Below are positions 27,620-37,106 of a stretch of 64,000 nucleotides of DNA, one piece after another. Location of the stretch: assembly GCA_038526085.1 (NCBI GenBank), contig JBCBHE010000021.1:3705-67704 (forward strand), given 5' to 3'. The notes under the pieces were generated by a model that had not been told where the DNA came from, made no database searches, and worked only from the letters and a program-made list of their open reading frames with translations. How positions within the stretch are numbered: position 1 is the first letter of the stretch; each line of letters begins with the position of its first letter. The stretch is from Pseudomonadota bacterium (lineage in GTDB: Bacteria > Pseudomonadota > Alphaproteobacteria > Rhodobacterales > Rhodobacteraceae). Position numbers and translations under genes: made by a program.

Positions 27620-28204
27620 CTACCTTTGGCCGGTTATGAGCGCGTTCCAGCGTCCTGTGTCGGCGCCCGAGAGCGTTCCAGTTCGCACATTCGCCCGGAA
27701 GAATTCCGCATCTTCACCGCGGAAGGTGCCATCAAAACCGCCTTCGGCGGTTACCGTTCCTTCTTCGATTTCGATATCGCCAGTGACGGTGCCCGTTAGC
27801 TCTGCGTCGGCGTAAGTGCCCGCGAGGGTGAGAGTCCCTGTCACCGGTGCATCATCTTCGCCCACAAAATTATCGGCTGTACCGGTGAGCGTTCCTGCGG
27901 ACGCCCCAGAGGTTCCGCTGAAATTCACCGTCAGCTCTGCGTCACCAATGATTGAAATGAAATCTTCGCTGTCGTTATCGAGGTCCGCATTCGCGCTAAA
28001 GTACCCCGTGTAGGTTGCACTTCCGCTCACGGGCATGCGGGTTGGATCCGTTTCGACCGCATCAAAGGTCGTGTTTGACAGGGCGTTGGAGGCGTCCGCG
28101 TTCGCGCCGTACGCGCCTTGTTCGTCACCGGTGAGGCCGAGACAGGCGCTGAGTGCGCATGTGGCGAGAAGTGGAGTGAGGGACTTGAGGTATTTCCTTT
28201 CCAT
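27620..28204 (-). CDS. Lipoprotein with transferrin-binding-protein-like small beta-barrel
   Basis: Lipobox LSAC; MPVSGSATYTGY, GDAELTVNF, FDGTFRG...G pattern. Confidence 0.65.
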   Translation of the reverse strand: MERKYLKSLTPLLATCALSACLGLTGDEQGAYGANADASNALSNTTFDAVETDPTRMPVSGSATYTGYFSANADLDNDSEDFISIIGDAELTVNFSGTSGASAGTLTGTADNFVGEDDAPVTGTLTLAGTYADAELTGTVTGDIEIEEGTVTAEGGFDGTFRGEDAEFFRANVRTGTLSGADTGRWNALITGQR

Positions 28205-28503
28205 TAGTCATTTCTCCGATCTTAGCGGTAAAAAGTTTGGGTTGAAGGATCATAGTATTGGAATGTGTAAGGTAATTGACAGCTGCCATCTGGCAACCCG
28301 GTTCTGTCAGTTTAGGCCCGCGCAATAGGTATTGGATAGAGGCCGGTAAGATAGATTATGTAATAACAGGGCTCAAAAAGTCTCAATAATTCCATAGTTC
28401 CTTCAAAGAAACTCACCTCCATAACATTATGTTACCGGTCACATACTCATGCATGTTACCGGTACCATTCAATGGTGCTACCCAGATTATGGAGGAGAAA
28501 TAT

Positions 28504-29832
28504 ATGAAAATGAGACTGTTAGCAGCAACCGCTGCTGTGAGTCTGTTCGGAACGACAGCGCTCGCCGACCCCTACGCCGCATTTCGCGGGACGACATTGA
28601 CCGTGTCTTGGCCCACCCTGGGTCATTTTAACCTCGCAGAGACCGTTCTTGAGGAGTTCGAACAAGACACCGGCATTAACGTAGAGGTTGAGGCGATCCC
28701 GTACTTGCAGCTGCGGGACCGGCAGATCACTGAGCTGTCAAAGCCGCAGGGTGACCTGGACCTCGTGTCTTGGGTCATTATGTGGAAGAGCGAATATGTC
28801 GCCAACGGCTTGCTGACGCCGTTGTCGCAGTTCTTTGCGGATTCCACCCTGGTCGATCCGGACTACGCCATTGAAGAGATCGCGGGCGCCTACCTTGTAA
28901 GCGGCGGCGTTGTGGGCGGTGCGAAAGGGTATCTCGATGGGCCAGGTGCAGGGCTCTATGGTGTGCCTTATGGGGCGGAAACCTCCATGCTTGCTTATCG
29001 GACTGATATCTTTGAGGATAACGACATCGCAGTGCCTCAGTCCTATCAGGATCTGACACAGGCCATTGATCGGCTGAGCGAACTGGGTATTCCAGCGATG
29101 ACAAGCCGTGGCAAAGGGGGGAACGACGTGACCTTTGCCTGGCTGCTGCATCTTGGTCCGCTTGGCGGGAAGATCTTTGATGACCGTTGGGAGCCGCAAA
29201 TCAATTCCGCCGAAGCGGTTGAGGCGGCAGAATTCCTGCGGCGTGTTGTTGAGACCGGCCCTGCAGACATCCAGAATTTCAACTTTGGTCAGTCCGCGTT
29301 TGAATTCCTATCTGGTGGGGCAGCGATGTACCTGGATAATATCAAGATCGCGAGCGCCGCCCGCGACCCCAGCTTTTCGGCTTTGAACGATAAGATCAGT
29401 TACGTGAAACATCCTGAGGGTGCAGCCTGCAGCGCGGAAACCGGTGGCTTCGCGATTGGTATTCCGGCCAACAGTCAGAACCAAGAGTCGGCGTTCTTGT
29501 TGCTTCAGTATCTAACGTCGAAGTCCGGCGACCAGCGGATCGTTGATCTGGGCGGTGATCCGATCCGGATCCCCACCATGTTCGCCAATCGCGAGGCACG
29601 CCCAGAGTTTGGTGCGGTCATTGATTCATTGGCCTGTGCCGATGAAGACTGGCGTCCGCTGATCCCGGAATGGAACAGCATCCAGAATGACATCATCGGT
29701 CCTGCTTTGCTTGAGGTCACTCGAACAGATCGGCCTGTGCAGGAGATAATGGACGAAGCCAACGTCGCCCTGCGTGCCTTAATGGATGATGCCGGGTACT
29801 ACCTGTGGAATGCGGAAGCGCAGACACAGTAA
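28504..29832 (+). CDS. Carbohydrate (CUT1) ABC substrate-binding protein, standalone
   Basis: RBS GGAGGAG; signal peptide; EFEQDTGINVEVE, GVPYGAETSMLAYRTDIFE; own terminator. Confidence 0.88.
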   Translation: MKMRLLAATAAVSLFGTTALADPYAAFRGTTLTVSWPTLGHFNLAETVLEEFEQDTGINVEVEAIPYLQLRDRQITELSKPQGDLDLVSWVIMWKSEYVANGLLTPLSQFFADSTLVDPDYAIEEIAGAYLVSGGVVGGAKGYLDGPGAGLYGVPYGAETSMLAYRTDIFEDNDIAVPQSYQDLTQAIDRLSELGIPAMTSRGKGGNDVTFAWLLHLGPLGGKIFDDRWEPQINSAEAVEAAEFLRRVVETGPADIQNFNFGQSAFEFLSGGAAMYLDNIKIASAARDPSFSALNDKISYVKHPEGAACSAETGGFAIGIPANSQNQESAFLLLQYLTSKSGDQRIVDLGGDPIRIPTMFANREARPEFGAVIDSLACADEDWRPLIPEWNSIQNDIIGPALLEVTRTDRPVQEIMDEANVALRALMDDAGYYLWNAEAQTQ

Positions 29833-29856
29833 CATAGTAAGACTTTACTAGCGGTG

Positions 29857-29889
29857 GGCGGTCCCGTGATGGGGCCGCCTTTCTTGTTT
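29857..29889 (+). terminator. Rho-independent terminator
   Basis: GGCGGTCCC-gtgat-GGGGCCGCC followed by TTTCTTGTTT. Confidence 0.75.
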
Positions 29890-29912
29890 GTAGCCGTTCA
29901 CGGCGGACTGGT

Positions 29913-30815
29913 TCAGTTCGATCTGCGAAACGGCATCTTCAATATACTTAAGATGTCGCCATAGTCTGGATACAGTGAGTCGTTCTCAGCACCCAAAGCT
30001 GCGGGTGCCACGCCAGGCCGGTAAACAAAGGTACCAAACATCTGATCGAAAATTGAAAGGGTCGCGCCAAAATTCTTTGCGTCCCTGAGGTCAGAGCTGT
30101 GATGATAGCGATGCAGCTCGGTTCCAACGAAGATGTAATTCATCCACCCCATCCGCACATCGACGTTAAAGTGGCTGATCAGACCATGCATTGAGTTGAT
30201 CATGACAAAACCTGCGACCGCGAATTGGGAATACCCCATCAACCAGATCGGAAGAACAAGGATCACAATCTGAAGAAGAATTTGGTTAATCGGATGCCCG
30301 ACCACATGCATAATAATGTACAACTTGTCGGGTAGATGATGTGGCGCATGGACTTTCCACAACCACCCATTCAGTCGGGTGCGTCCCTCATGCATGGCAC
30401 GATGCAGCGTGTAGTGAAGCGCCTCAAAGATCACCAGCGCCATCACGATTTGGAGCCAGATAGGCAAGTCGGCTGCAGGTCCAGGCATGTCAGCGCTCAG
30501 CTCAATTGAGACATAGGCCAAACCAGCATTCACAAGCCCAATCGAGGTGCCGTTAACCACAAGATATTTGAAGTCTGACCAGAAGCTCGACCATGTCATG
30601 GTCCAGCGGCTTTGATACGGAAACATAGTTTCAAGTACGAGGTAAGACACAAGGAAGATGACCGTTGTGGAACCCCAAGCGGCTTGCGGCGCAATCTCTT
30701 CGACTGTCATGCGCCAAAAGAAGAATGCGATGACGGCCCAGCTGGCTGGATAAATCGTCCAGCGCAAAACCGCGCGCGGCAGATTGTCGATTACGTGAAC
30801 ATCGGTCTGTTTCAT
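29913..30815 (-). CDS. Sterol desaturase / fatty acid hydroxylase family membrane protein
   Basis: His boxes HYTLHRAMH, HAPHH, HGLISH, HRYHH; NFGATLSIFD. Confidence 0.9.
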   Translation of the reverse strand: MKQTDVHVIDNLPRAVLRWTIYPASWAVIAFFFWRMTVEEIAPQAAWGSTTVIFLVSYLVLETMFPYQSRWTMTWSSFWSDFKYLVVNGTSIGLVNAGLAYVSIELSADMPGPAADLPIWLQIVMALVIFEALHYTLHRAMHEGRTRLNGWLWKVHAPHHLPDKLYIIMHVVGHPINQILLQIVILVLPIWLMGYSQFAVAGFVMINSMHGLISHFNVDVRMGWMNYIFVGTELHRYHHSSDLRDAKNFGATLSIFDQMFGTFVYRPGVAPAALGAENDSLYPDYGDILSILKMPFRRSN

Positions 30816-30825
30816 TTGCTTTTCC

Positions 30826-30855
30826 GGACAGTTGTTGGTTATCGTACAGATGTCC
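30826..30855. promoter_or_regulatory. Candidate TetR operator
   Basis: GGACA-gt-TGT-N10-ACA-ga-TGTCC imperfect palindrome between the divergent desaturase and TetR genes. Confidence 0.45.
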
Positions 30856-30939
30856 TAAAACGCATTAAGCTATGCGGCCAGAACAGGCGCAAATGGACCG
30901 TGCGGAAACGGACAGAACCGGCAAAGGTGTAGGAAAACA

Positions 30940-31491
30940 GTGGATCGACGTGTCGCGAAAACACAAAAGGCGATGATCCAGGCGCTTGGAGAATGCCTGA
31001 CCAAATACCGCTGGGAGGATGTGAGCGTCCAACTGTTGTGCGACACCGCAGATATATCGCGTTCGACATTCTATGCCCATTTCGAGGGAAAGCAGGACTT
31101 GTTGGCGATTGCCATGAAAGAGATGGCAAACAGGCTTGTCGCCGACAGCCCTGAAAAGCGCAGCCTAAAACTGAATGGAAAACTCAGCATCCTTCCGGCA
31201 CTTCTCAGACACATGCGCGATCATCTGTTTCTTTTTGAAACCACGAACGCGTCCATGGCCGGACGCGCTCTGGCACATCACTTTGAAACAATGGTCGGAC
31301 AGATCATCCAAGCAGAGATCACCGCGTCACCGTTCTCTTCCGCCGTGTCGGAACAGAGAGTTAGGTTTCTTGTTGGTGGGCTGTTTGCCCTGCTTGACCA
31401 CTGGCGCGAAAACCAATGCCGGAACGCTGATCACGAAATTCTCGCTGAATTGGATCAAGCCACGGCTTTGATCTTAGGTAGTCAAGGCTAA
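30940..31491 (+). CDS. TetR/AcrR family transcriptional regulator
   Basis: DRRVAKTQKAM...VSVQLLCDTADISRSTFYAHFEGKQDLL helix-turn-helix. Confidence 0.92.
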   Translation: MDRRVAKTQKAMIQALGECLTKYRWEDVSVQLLCDTADISRSTFYAHFEGKQDLLAIAMKEMANRLVADSPEKRSLKLNGKLSILPALLRHMRDHLFLFETTNASMAGRALAHHFETMVGQIIQAEITASPFSSAVSEQRVRFLVGGLFALLDHWRENQCRNADHEILAELDQATALILGSQG

Positions 31492-31613
31492 GGGGAAACG
31501 TCGCAGCAGACGTGCATTAACGCGAAAGGAATGCCCGCTAAGTCCCGCTGAGCGGCCATACATTGCGCCGAATAGAACGAACCGGCGCCGTATGACCCAC
31601 CAAGCTTTCCCAG

Positions 31614-31958
31614 CTAAGGATTTTCTTTCCCCGCCTCATCAACGGTTTCAACAACCGCGTCTTCGATATCGTCGGCTTTGGCATTCGCTGACTTGCCATT
31701 CGCAAGCGAAACCGCCCAGCCGTAAAGCCGCTCTCCAAAGATCCCGATCAAACCGCCCAAAACAAGCCAAAACGGGCTCATCCGCCCTGCGATCAGGGGA
31801 CCGAGGAGCGCGGCAAGCAGCATCATCGCCCCGAATGTCAGGATGTGCAGTTCCCGTTCATCCAACGCAATTTTGTCTTTCGTCGCGTCCTTCAGCGGGC
31901 CTATTGCGGCGTAGGTGCCGAACCCGAAGAGGCCACCGATGATGATGTCATAAAGCAT
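31614..31958 (-). CDS. Small hypothetical membrane protein
   Basis: RBS AGGAG; three hydrophobic segments; acidic tail. Confidence 0.65.
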   Translation of the reverse strand: MLYDIIIGGLFGFGTYAAIGPLKDATKDKIALDERELHILTFGAMMLLAALLGPLIAGRMSPFWLVLGGLIGIFGERLYGWAVSLANGKSANAKADDIEDAVVETVDEAGKENP

Positions 31959-32048
31959 GGCTGTGCTCCTTTGTTCCCAAACACAGCTTAGCGAATGATC
32001 TGCCCGAGACTCATGGGAAATTTGCGAAAAACGCCGCAAAACGGGGTC

Positions 32049-32078
32049 GGCCGCCGCGCAATTGGGCACGCGGCGGCC
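32049..32078 (-). terminator. GC-rich hairpin downstream of icd
   Basis: GGCCGCCGCG / CGCGGCGGCC 10-bp stem a few bp after the icd stop; weak U tract. Confidence 0.5.
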
Positions 32079-32084
32079 AAATGC

Positions 32085-34313
32085 TTAGCCGTCAATCAGT
32101 GCGTTGAAGGTGGCTGAGGGGCGCATGATGGCCGCGACTTTACCCGCATCGGTTTGGTAGTACCCGCCAAGGTCAACAGCCGTGCCGCGCCCGGCCATCA
32201 TCTCTTCTGTGATGGTGGCTTCTTTTGCGGCGAGCGCTTCCGCCAGTGGCTTAAAGGTCGCGGCGAGGTCGGCATTGTCGGACGCGGCCAGCGCTTCGGC
32301 CCAGAAGAGCGCGAAGGCGAAGTGGCTGTCGCGGTTGTCACCCTGGCCGACCTTGCGGCCTGGTGATTTACCTTCGGCCAGCAGCTTGATGATGGCCTCA
32401 TCCGCCGCGTCGCCCATTACCGTCGCCGCCGCGTTGCCCTTGGTTTCGCCCAAGAAGCGCAAGCTTTCGGCAATTGCGCAGAACTCACCCAGTGAGTCCC
32501 AGCGCAGGTGGTTTTCTTCCATCAGCTGTTGGACATGCTTCGGTGCGGAGCCCCCCGCCCCGGTTTCAAACATGCCGCCGCCTTGCATCAGTTTGACGAC
32601 CGACAGCATCTTGGCGGAGGTGCCGACCTCAAGGATCGGATAAAGGTCGGTGAGGTAGTCGCGCAGGACGTTGCCGGTGATGGCGATGCAGTTCTCGCCT
32701 TTGAAGATGGTTTCATAGGCGTGGCGTGTCGCCTCGCGTGGCGCCATAACCAGGAACTTGTCGCTAACGCCTTTGGCCTCTAGCGCCGGTAAGACGACTT
32801 TCAGCAGTTCCGCATCGTGGCCCCGCGTTTCATCGAGCCAGAAGACAGAGGCATAGCCGGTGATGGATCGGCGGGAAATCGCGGTTTCGATCCAGTTGTC
32901 GATTGCGTCGCGCCGGGTGGAGGCCAGGCGCCAGATGTCGCCTGCTTCCACGGTGTGGGAATGCAGCACGTCGCCATTGGCGGCGATGACTTTCACGGTC
33001 CCGTCGGCTGGGATTTCGAAGGTCGTTGGGTGCGACCCGTACTCTTCCGCCTTTTTTGCCATGAGGCCGAGATTTTGAACGGTGCCTGCAGTGGTTGGAT
33101 CCAAAGCGCCGTTTTCTTTGAAGAACTTCACGCTCTCATCATAAACTGGCGCGTAGGAGTTATCGGGAATCACACAGTTGGTGTCGCCTTCGGCCCCATC
33201 CGGGCCCCAGCCTTTGCCGCCCGCTTTCAGTACGGCAGGCATGGAGGCGTCGATGATGACGTCAGATGGGACGTGCAGGTTGGTGATGCCTTTGTCGGAG
33301 TTCACCATGTACATCGGTGGGCGGTCGGCCATGCAAGCGTCAAAGGCTGCTTTGATCTCCGCGCCGTTGTCCATGCCCTCAACGATGTCAAGAACGGTGC
33401 CAAGGCCCTGGTTCGCATTCACGCCAGCAGCGGCCATCGCCTCACCGTATTTGTCGAACACGGTCTTGAAGAACACCTTCACCGCGTGGCCGAAGATGAT
33501 CGGGTCGGAGACCTTCATCATCGTCGCTTTCATGTGGAGCGAGAAGAGCGTGCCGTCTTTTGCTGTGTCTGCGATCGCGCCTTCCAGGAAAGCAGTCAGG
33601 GCTTTGACGGACATGTATGTCGCATCAACGATGGTGCCTGCGACGAACTTCAAGCCGTCTTTCAGAACGGTCTCACCATCTGCGCCGTAGTGGACGATCT
33701 TAACGGCACCTTCTGCTTGGGCGGCTGTGAGGGTGACCGACGTTTCGTTCGACCGGAAATCGCCACCGGACATCGAAGAGACTTTGGTTTTACTGTCAGC
33801 GGTCCAAGCCCCCATGCGGTGTGGGTTGGCTTTGGCGTAGGCCTTCACAGCTGCAGGCGCGCGACGGTCGGAGTTGCCTTCGCGAAGAACTGGATTCACT
33901 GCGGAGCCTTTGATGGCGTCATACCGTGCGCGGATCTCCTCTTCGTCGGCATTGGCGGGCGCTTCTGGATAGTCAGGAATGGCATAGCCTTTGCCCTGAA
34001 GTTCTGCGATGGCCGCGGCTAGCTGTGGGACCGAGGCAGAGATGTTGGGCAACTTGATGACGTTAGCGTCTGGTGTTTTGACAAGGTCACCAAGCCAGGC
34101 CAGATCGTCGGACTGCTTTTGAGCTTCCGTCAAGCGCTCCGGAAAGACAGCGAGGATCCGACCGGCGACAGAAATGTCCCGTTCTGCCACGCTGATGTCC
34201 GCGGCAGCGGCGAATTTGCGGACGATGGGCAGCAAGCTGGCAGAGGCGAGCTGGGGCGCCTCGTCTGTCGCTGTATAGATAACGTCACCTGAAACAGTCG
34301 TATCGCCGGGCAT
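32085..34313 (-). CDS. icd: NADP-dependent isocitrate dehydrogenase, monomeric type
   Basis: YTATDEAPQLAS, KLPNISASVPQL, SAVNPVLREGNSDRRAP, LHMKATMMKVSDPIIFG, FETGAGGSAPKHVQQ. Confidence 0.97.
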   Translation of the reverse strand: MPGDTTVSGDVIYTATDEAPQLASASLLPIVRKFAAAADISVAERDISVAGRILAVFPERLTEAQKQSDDLAWLGDLVKTPDANVIKLPNISASVPQLAAAIAELQGKGYAIPDYPEAPANADEEEIRARYDAIKGSAVNPVLREGNSDRRAPAAVKAYAKANPHRMGAWTADSKTKVSSMSGGDFRSNETSVTLTAAQAEGAVKIVHYGADGETVLKDGLKFVAGTIVDATYMSVKALTAFLEGAIADTAKDGTLFSLHMKATMMKVSDPIIFGHAVKVFFKTVFDKYGEAMAAAGVNANQGLGTVLDIVEGMDNGAEIKAAFDACMADRPPMYMVNSDKGITNLHVPSDVIIDASMPAVLKAGGKGWGPDGAEGDTNCVIPDNSYAPVYDESVKFFKENGALDPTTAGTVQNLGLMAKKAEEYGSHPTTFEIPADGTVKVIAANGDVLHSHTVEAGDIWRLASTRRDAIDNWIETAISRRSITGYASVFWLDETRGHDAELLKVVLPALEAKGVSDKFLVMAPREATRHAYETIFKGENCIAITGNVLRDYLTDLYPILEVGTSAKMLSVVKLMQGGGMFETGAGGSAPKHVQQLMEENHLRWDSLGEFCAIAESLRFLGETKGNAAATVMGDAADEAIIKLLAEGKSPGRKVGQGDNRDSHFAFALFWAEALAASDNADLAATFKPLAEALAAKEATITEEMMAGRGTAVDLGGYYQTDAGKVAAIMRPSATFNALIDG

Positions 34314-34646
34314 GGGGCATCCTTTCTCTCACGGGTCGCGGTGTGCGATGGTATGCAGTGGATCTTTGGGGCGGCGATAGCAGGTCAGGCATGCAGGCTC
34401 AATCCTTGTTCAGCCACGATCAAAGGCTGCGGCGCTTTTCCATGAGTCTTCGCACGGCCCACACACCCGAACCAACTTTCCGCCGCCGCAATTATGCCGC
34501 GCGACTGGCGTGACAATCCACCTCATTTTGAAGGATTGTTTCCAATTGATGTACACGAATTCGGGGGTTCGGGTCGCGCGATCCCGTTGCGTGACCTGCA
34601 CTTTAAGGAGCAGTCAAACTATTGGTGACGCGGATTGCCCGGGTTT

Positions 34647-35720
34647 TTAGCGACGCGGGACGCCCACAGGCACCGTTTCGCGGGCGATGTGAAGGTCCAG
34701 TTCGTACTGCAAATCCGAAAGGCGCGGTGGCTGCCAATCCGGTCGGCGTGGCCCCACGGTCGCTTCGTCTTTCAGATACCGGCTGATCAAATGTGCCGCA
34801 TTTTCGTTTGCAGCAAGATATTGAAAGACGGTTTCGCCCTGCAAGTGGCTGAGCCGACCCAATTCGACCCTGGCTTTGCGTGTGCCCTTGCCAACCCCAA
34901 AGATGATCTGCGCTGCACCACCCGTCACAACGTGCGGCGTTGTTAGCAAACTTTGGCTGAGCGCATAGACAGGGAATGTTCCCGTTGCTGTTTTGAGTTG
35001 GATGTTGAGGTCCTGCGCTTTGCGGCGGGCGCGGATCAAATGCCCGGCCTGGCGCGCGCCCAACGTCCATTGGCGGACAGTTTTGCGCAGAACCGTCACA
35101 CTGATCTGCACCATCAATCGCCATTCGGCCAGCACATTCACCGGCGCACGGCAAAGACGATAGGTCAGCTTCCCGCGAACGCGCTGGTTGGCGCCGGGCC
35201 CCATGACCGCTTGAGTGAAGCTAATCAGGCCGGGTTTCACGGCGAAGCGCGTGCCGTAAAGCGGATCGCGCGCCTCTTCGATTTGCGCAATTGCGCTGCG
35301 CACGGGGTGGGGGCCGCAGATGTTCATATCGCCCAAGACGACATTGAGCAGCTGCGGCAGCGCATCCAAACCGGTCTCGCGCAAATAGACCCCCAAAGGC
35401 GTCGGACGCAGGTTACGATCCGCCATTGGATTGAGGCGATCCTGGCCAACTGTTGCAAAACGATAGACGTCAAAAGCCTGACGGTCCTGGCCAAGGCGTG
35501 AGGCGCGGACCAAAACACCTGGTCCTTGGGCGATCCGCAAGACCAACGCGAACCCCAACAGCAAAGGTGCCAATGCTAATAGTAAAACCGCCCCAAGCAG
35601 CCCATTGTAAATGCGATTTAGGCTTGGAAAACGCGGAACATAGCCTGTCTGGCCAAGTCGCCGACGTACCGATAGCGATACATATTTTTGTTCCACTGGG
35701 TGGTTCATCACCATTCTCAC
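34647..35720 (-). CDS. Bacterial sugar (phosphoglycosyl) transferase homolog with C-terminal extension and degenerate active site
   Basis: RLGQDRQAFDVYRF, LRETGLDALPQLLNVVLGDM, VKPGL; ~130-aa extra C-terminal domain. Confidence 0.75.
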   Translation of the reverse strand: MRMVMNHPVEQKYVSLSVRRRLGQTGYVPRFPSLNRIYNGLLGAVLLLALAPLLLGFALVLRIAQGPGVLVRASRLGQDRQAFDVYRFATVGQDRLNPMADRNLRPTPLGVYLRETGLDALPQLLNVVLGDMNICGPHPVRSAIAQIEEARDPLYGTRFAVKPGLISFTQAVMGPGANQRVRGKLTYRLCRAPVNVLAEWRLMVQISVTVLRKTVRQWTLGARQAGHLIRARRKAQDLNIQLKTATGTFPVYALSQSLLTTPHVVTGGAAQIIFGVGKGTRKARVELGRLSHLQGETVFQYLAANENAAHLISRYLKDEATVGPRRPDWQPPRLSDLQYELDLHIARETVPVGVPRR

Positions 35721-35911
35721 ATCACAGGCTCAACACGCGAAAGTCTCGCTTTCGCCATATTCAAAAACAACAAAATTACGCGTGACCACGTCGACTGCAT
35801 GGAAAAGACAGGGTTTTGAGGGGATTGGTCAGGGGAATTTTCTGCGATTTCGCCCCAAACATCCTGTGTCTCATCGATTGTTGAACCAGCCTAAGGTCGA
35901 ATCAACTACGA

Positions 35912-37096
35912 TCAGGTTACCGCGGCGCGCGTTTGATACCGTGGATCGTCCCACAACCTGTCCCGCAGAACCGCTTCCAACACATCAACTGCCGCAGAGA
36001 TATCGTCGGCGTCCAAATAGAGCGGCGTGATCCCGAAACGCATCACGTCAGGCGCGCGAAAATCGCCAATCACACCGCGGTCGATCAACGCCTGCATTGC
36101 CGCGTATCCGTGCTCGAATGCAAAAGAAACTTGGCTCCCGCGCAACGCCGGATCAGATGGGCTGATCAGTGTTAGGTCGGGGCACCTTGCCGCAACCTCC
36201 ATGATGAATTGTTCGCTCAACGTGACAGAGGCGGCGCGCACATCCGCCATTGCGACATCTTCCCAGACTTTCAAGGCTTCTTCCAAGGCTGTCATTTGGA
36301 TCACTGGCGGCGTCCCGACACGCATGCGGTCAATGCCAGGTGCGGGGCGGTAGTTCTGTTCAAAGGCGAAGGGGGCATCATGGCCCAACCAACCAGCCAG
36401 GGCCGGATCAATCAGATCAGCAATATCGGGCCGCGCGTAGATGAAAGCCGGCGCACCCGGGCCGCCGTTTAGGTATTTGTAAGTACACCCGACCGCAAAA
36501 TCGCAAGCGCAACCCGTAAGGTCGACCGGGACGGCACCGGCGCTATGGGCCAGATCCCAAAGCATGACCGCGCCAGCCGCGAGTGCCCGGGCGGTGATCT
36601 CCGCCATATTGTGCATCTGCCCCGTGCGATAATCGACTTGGGTGAGCATCACGACTGCGACGTCGTCGGTGATCGCCTCCGCCGCCTGACCCGATTCAAC
36701 AATCCGCAGCTCATGCCCCTGCCCCAGCTGCTGGATCAGCCCCTGCGCCATATAAAGATCGGAGGGAAAGTTCCCACTGTCCGAGAGGATAACCCTCCGG
36801 TCGGGCCGTATGCGCAATCCGGCCGACAGTGCTTGATACACTTTGACCGAGAGGGTATCGCCCATCGTCACGGTCCCCGATGGCGCCCCGATCAAACTTC
36901 CGATCTTATCGCCGACGCGACGGGGTTGATCCATCCAACCATCGATGTTCCATCCTTTGATCAGATGGGCGCCCCATTGATCGCGGACCATCTTTCCAAT
37001 CACGTCATCCACGCCCTTAGGCAACGGCCCTAAAGAGTTACCATCCAGGTAGATAACGCCGTCCGGAATATGAAATCTGTCTTTGACTGGCAGCAT
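35912..37096 (-). CDS. kynU: Kynureninase
   Basis: YLDGNSLG, NFPSDLY, WDLAHSAG, GCTYKYLNGGPGAP (PLP Lys), FGITPLY. Confidence 0.95.
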   Translation of the reverse strand: MLPVKDRFHIPDGVIYLDGNSLGPLPKGVDDVIGKMVRDQWGAHLIKGWNIDGWMDQPRRVGDKIGSLIGAPSGTVTMGDTLSVKVYQALSAGLRIRPDRRVILSDSGNFPSDLYMAQGLIQQLGQGHELRIVESGQAAEAITDDVAVVMLTQVDYRTGQMHNMAEITARALAAGAVMLWDLAHSAGAVPVDLTGCACDFAVGCTYKYLNGGPGAPAFIYARPDIADLIDPALAGWLGHDAPFAFEQNYRPAPGIDRMRVGTPPVIQMTALEEALKVWEDVAMADVRAASVTLSEQFIMEVAARCPDLTLISPSDPALRGSQVSFAFEHGYAAMQALIDRGVIGDFRAPDVMRFGITPLYLDADDISAAVDVLEAVLRDRLWDDPRYQTRAAVT

Positions 37097-37106
37097 GGCT
37101 GCCCCC

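Noticed and set aside
32817-34022. 401-aa plus-strand ORF
   Set aside because: Antisense shadow of icd; same for other long shadows such as 4195-5298, 8333-9469, 23142-24323 and 60351-61430.
34410-34601. 63-aa minus-strand ORF upstream of icd
   Set aside because: GTG start without an RBS and no recognisable motif.
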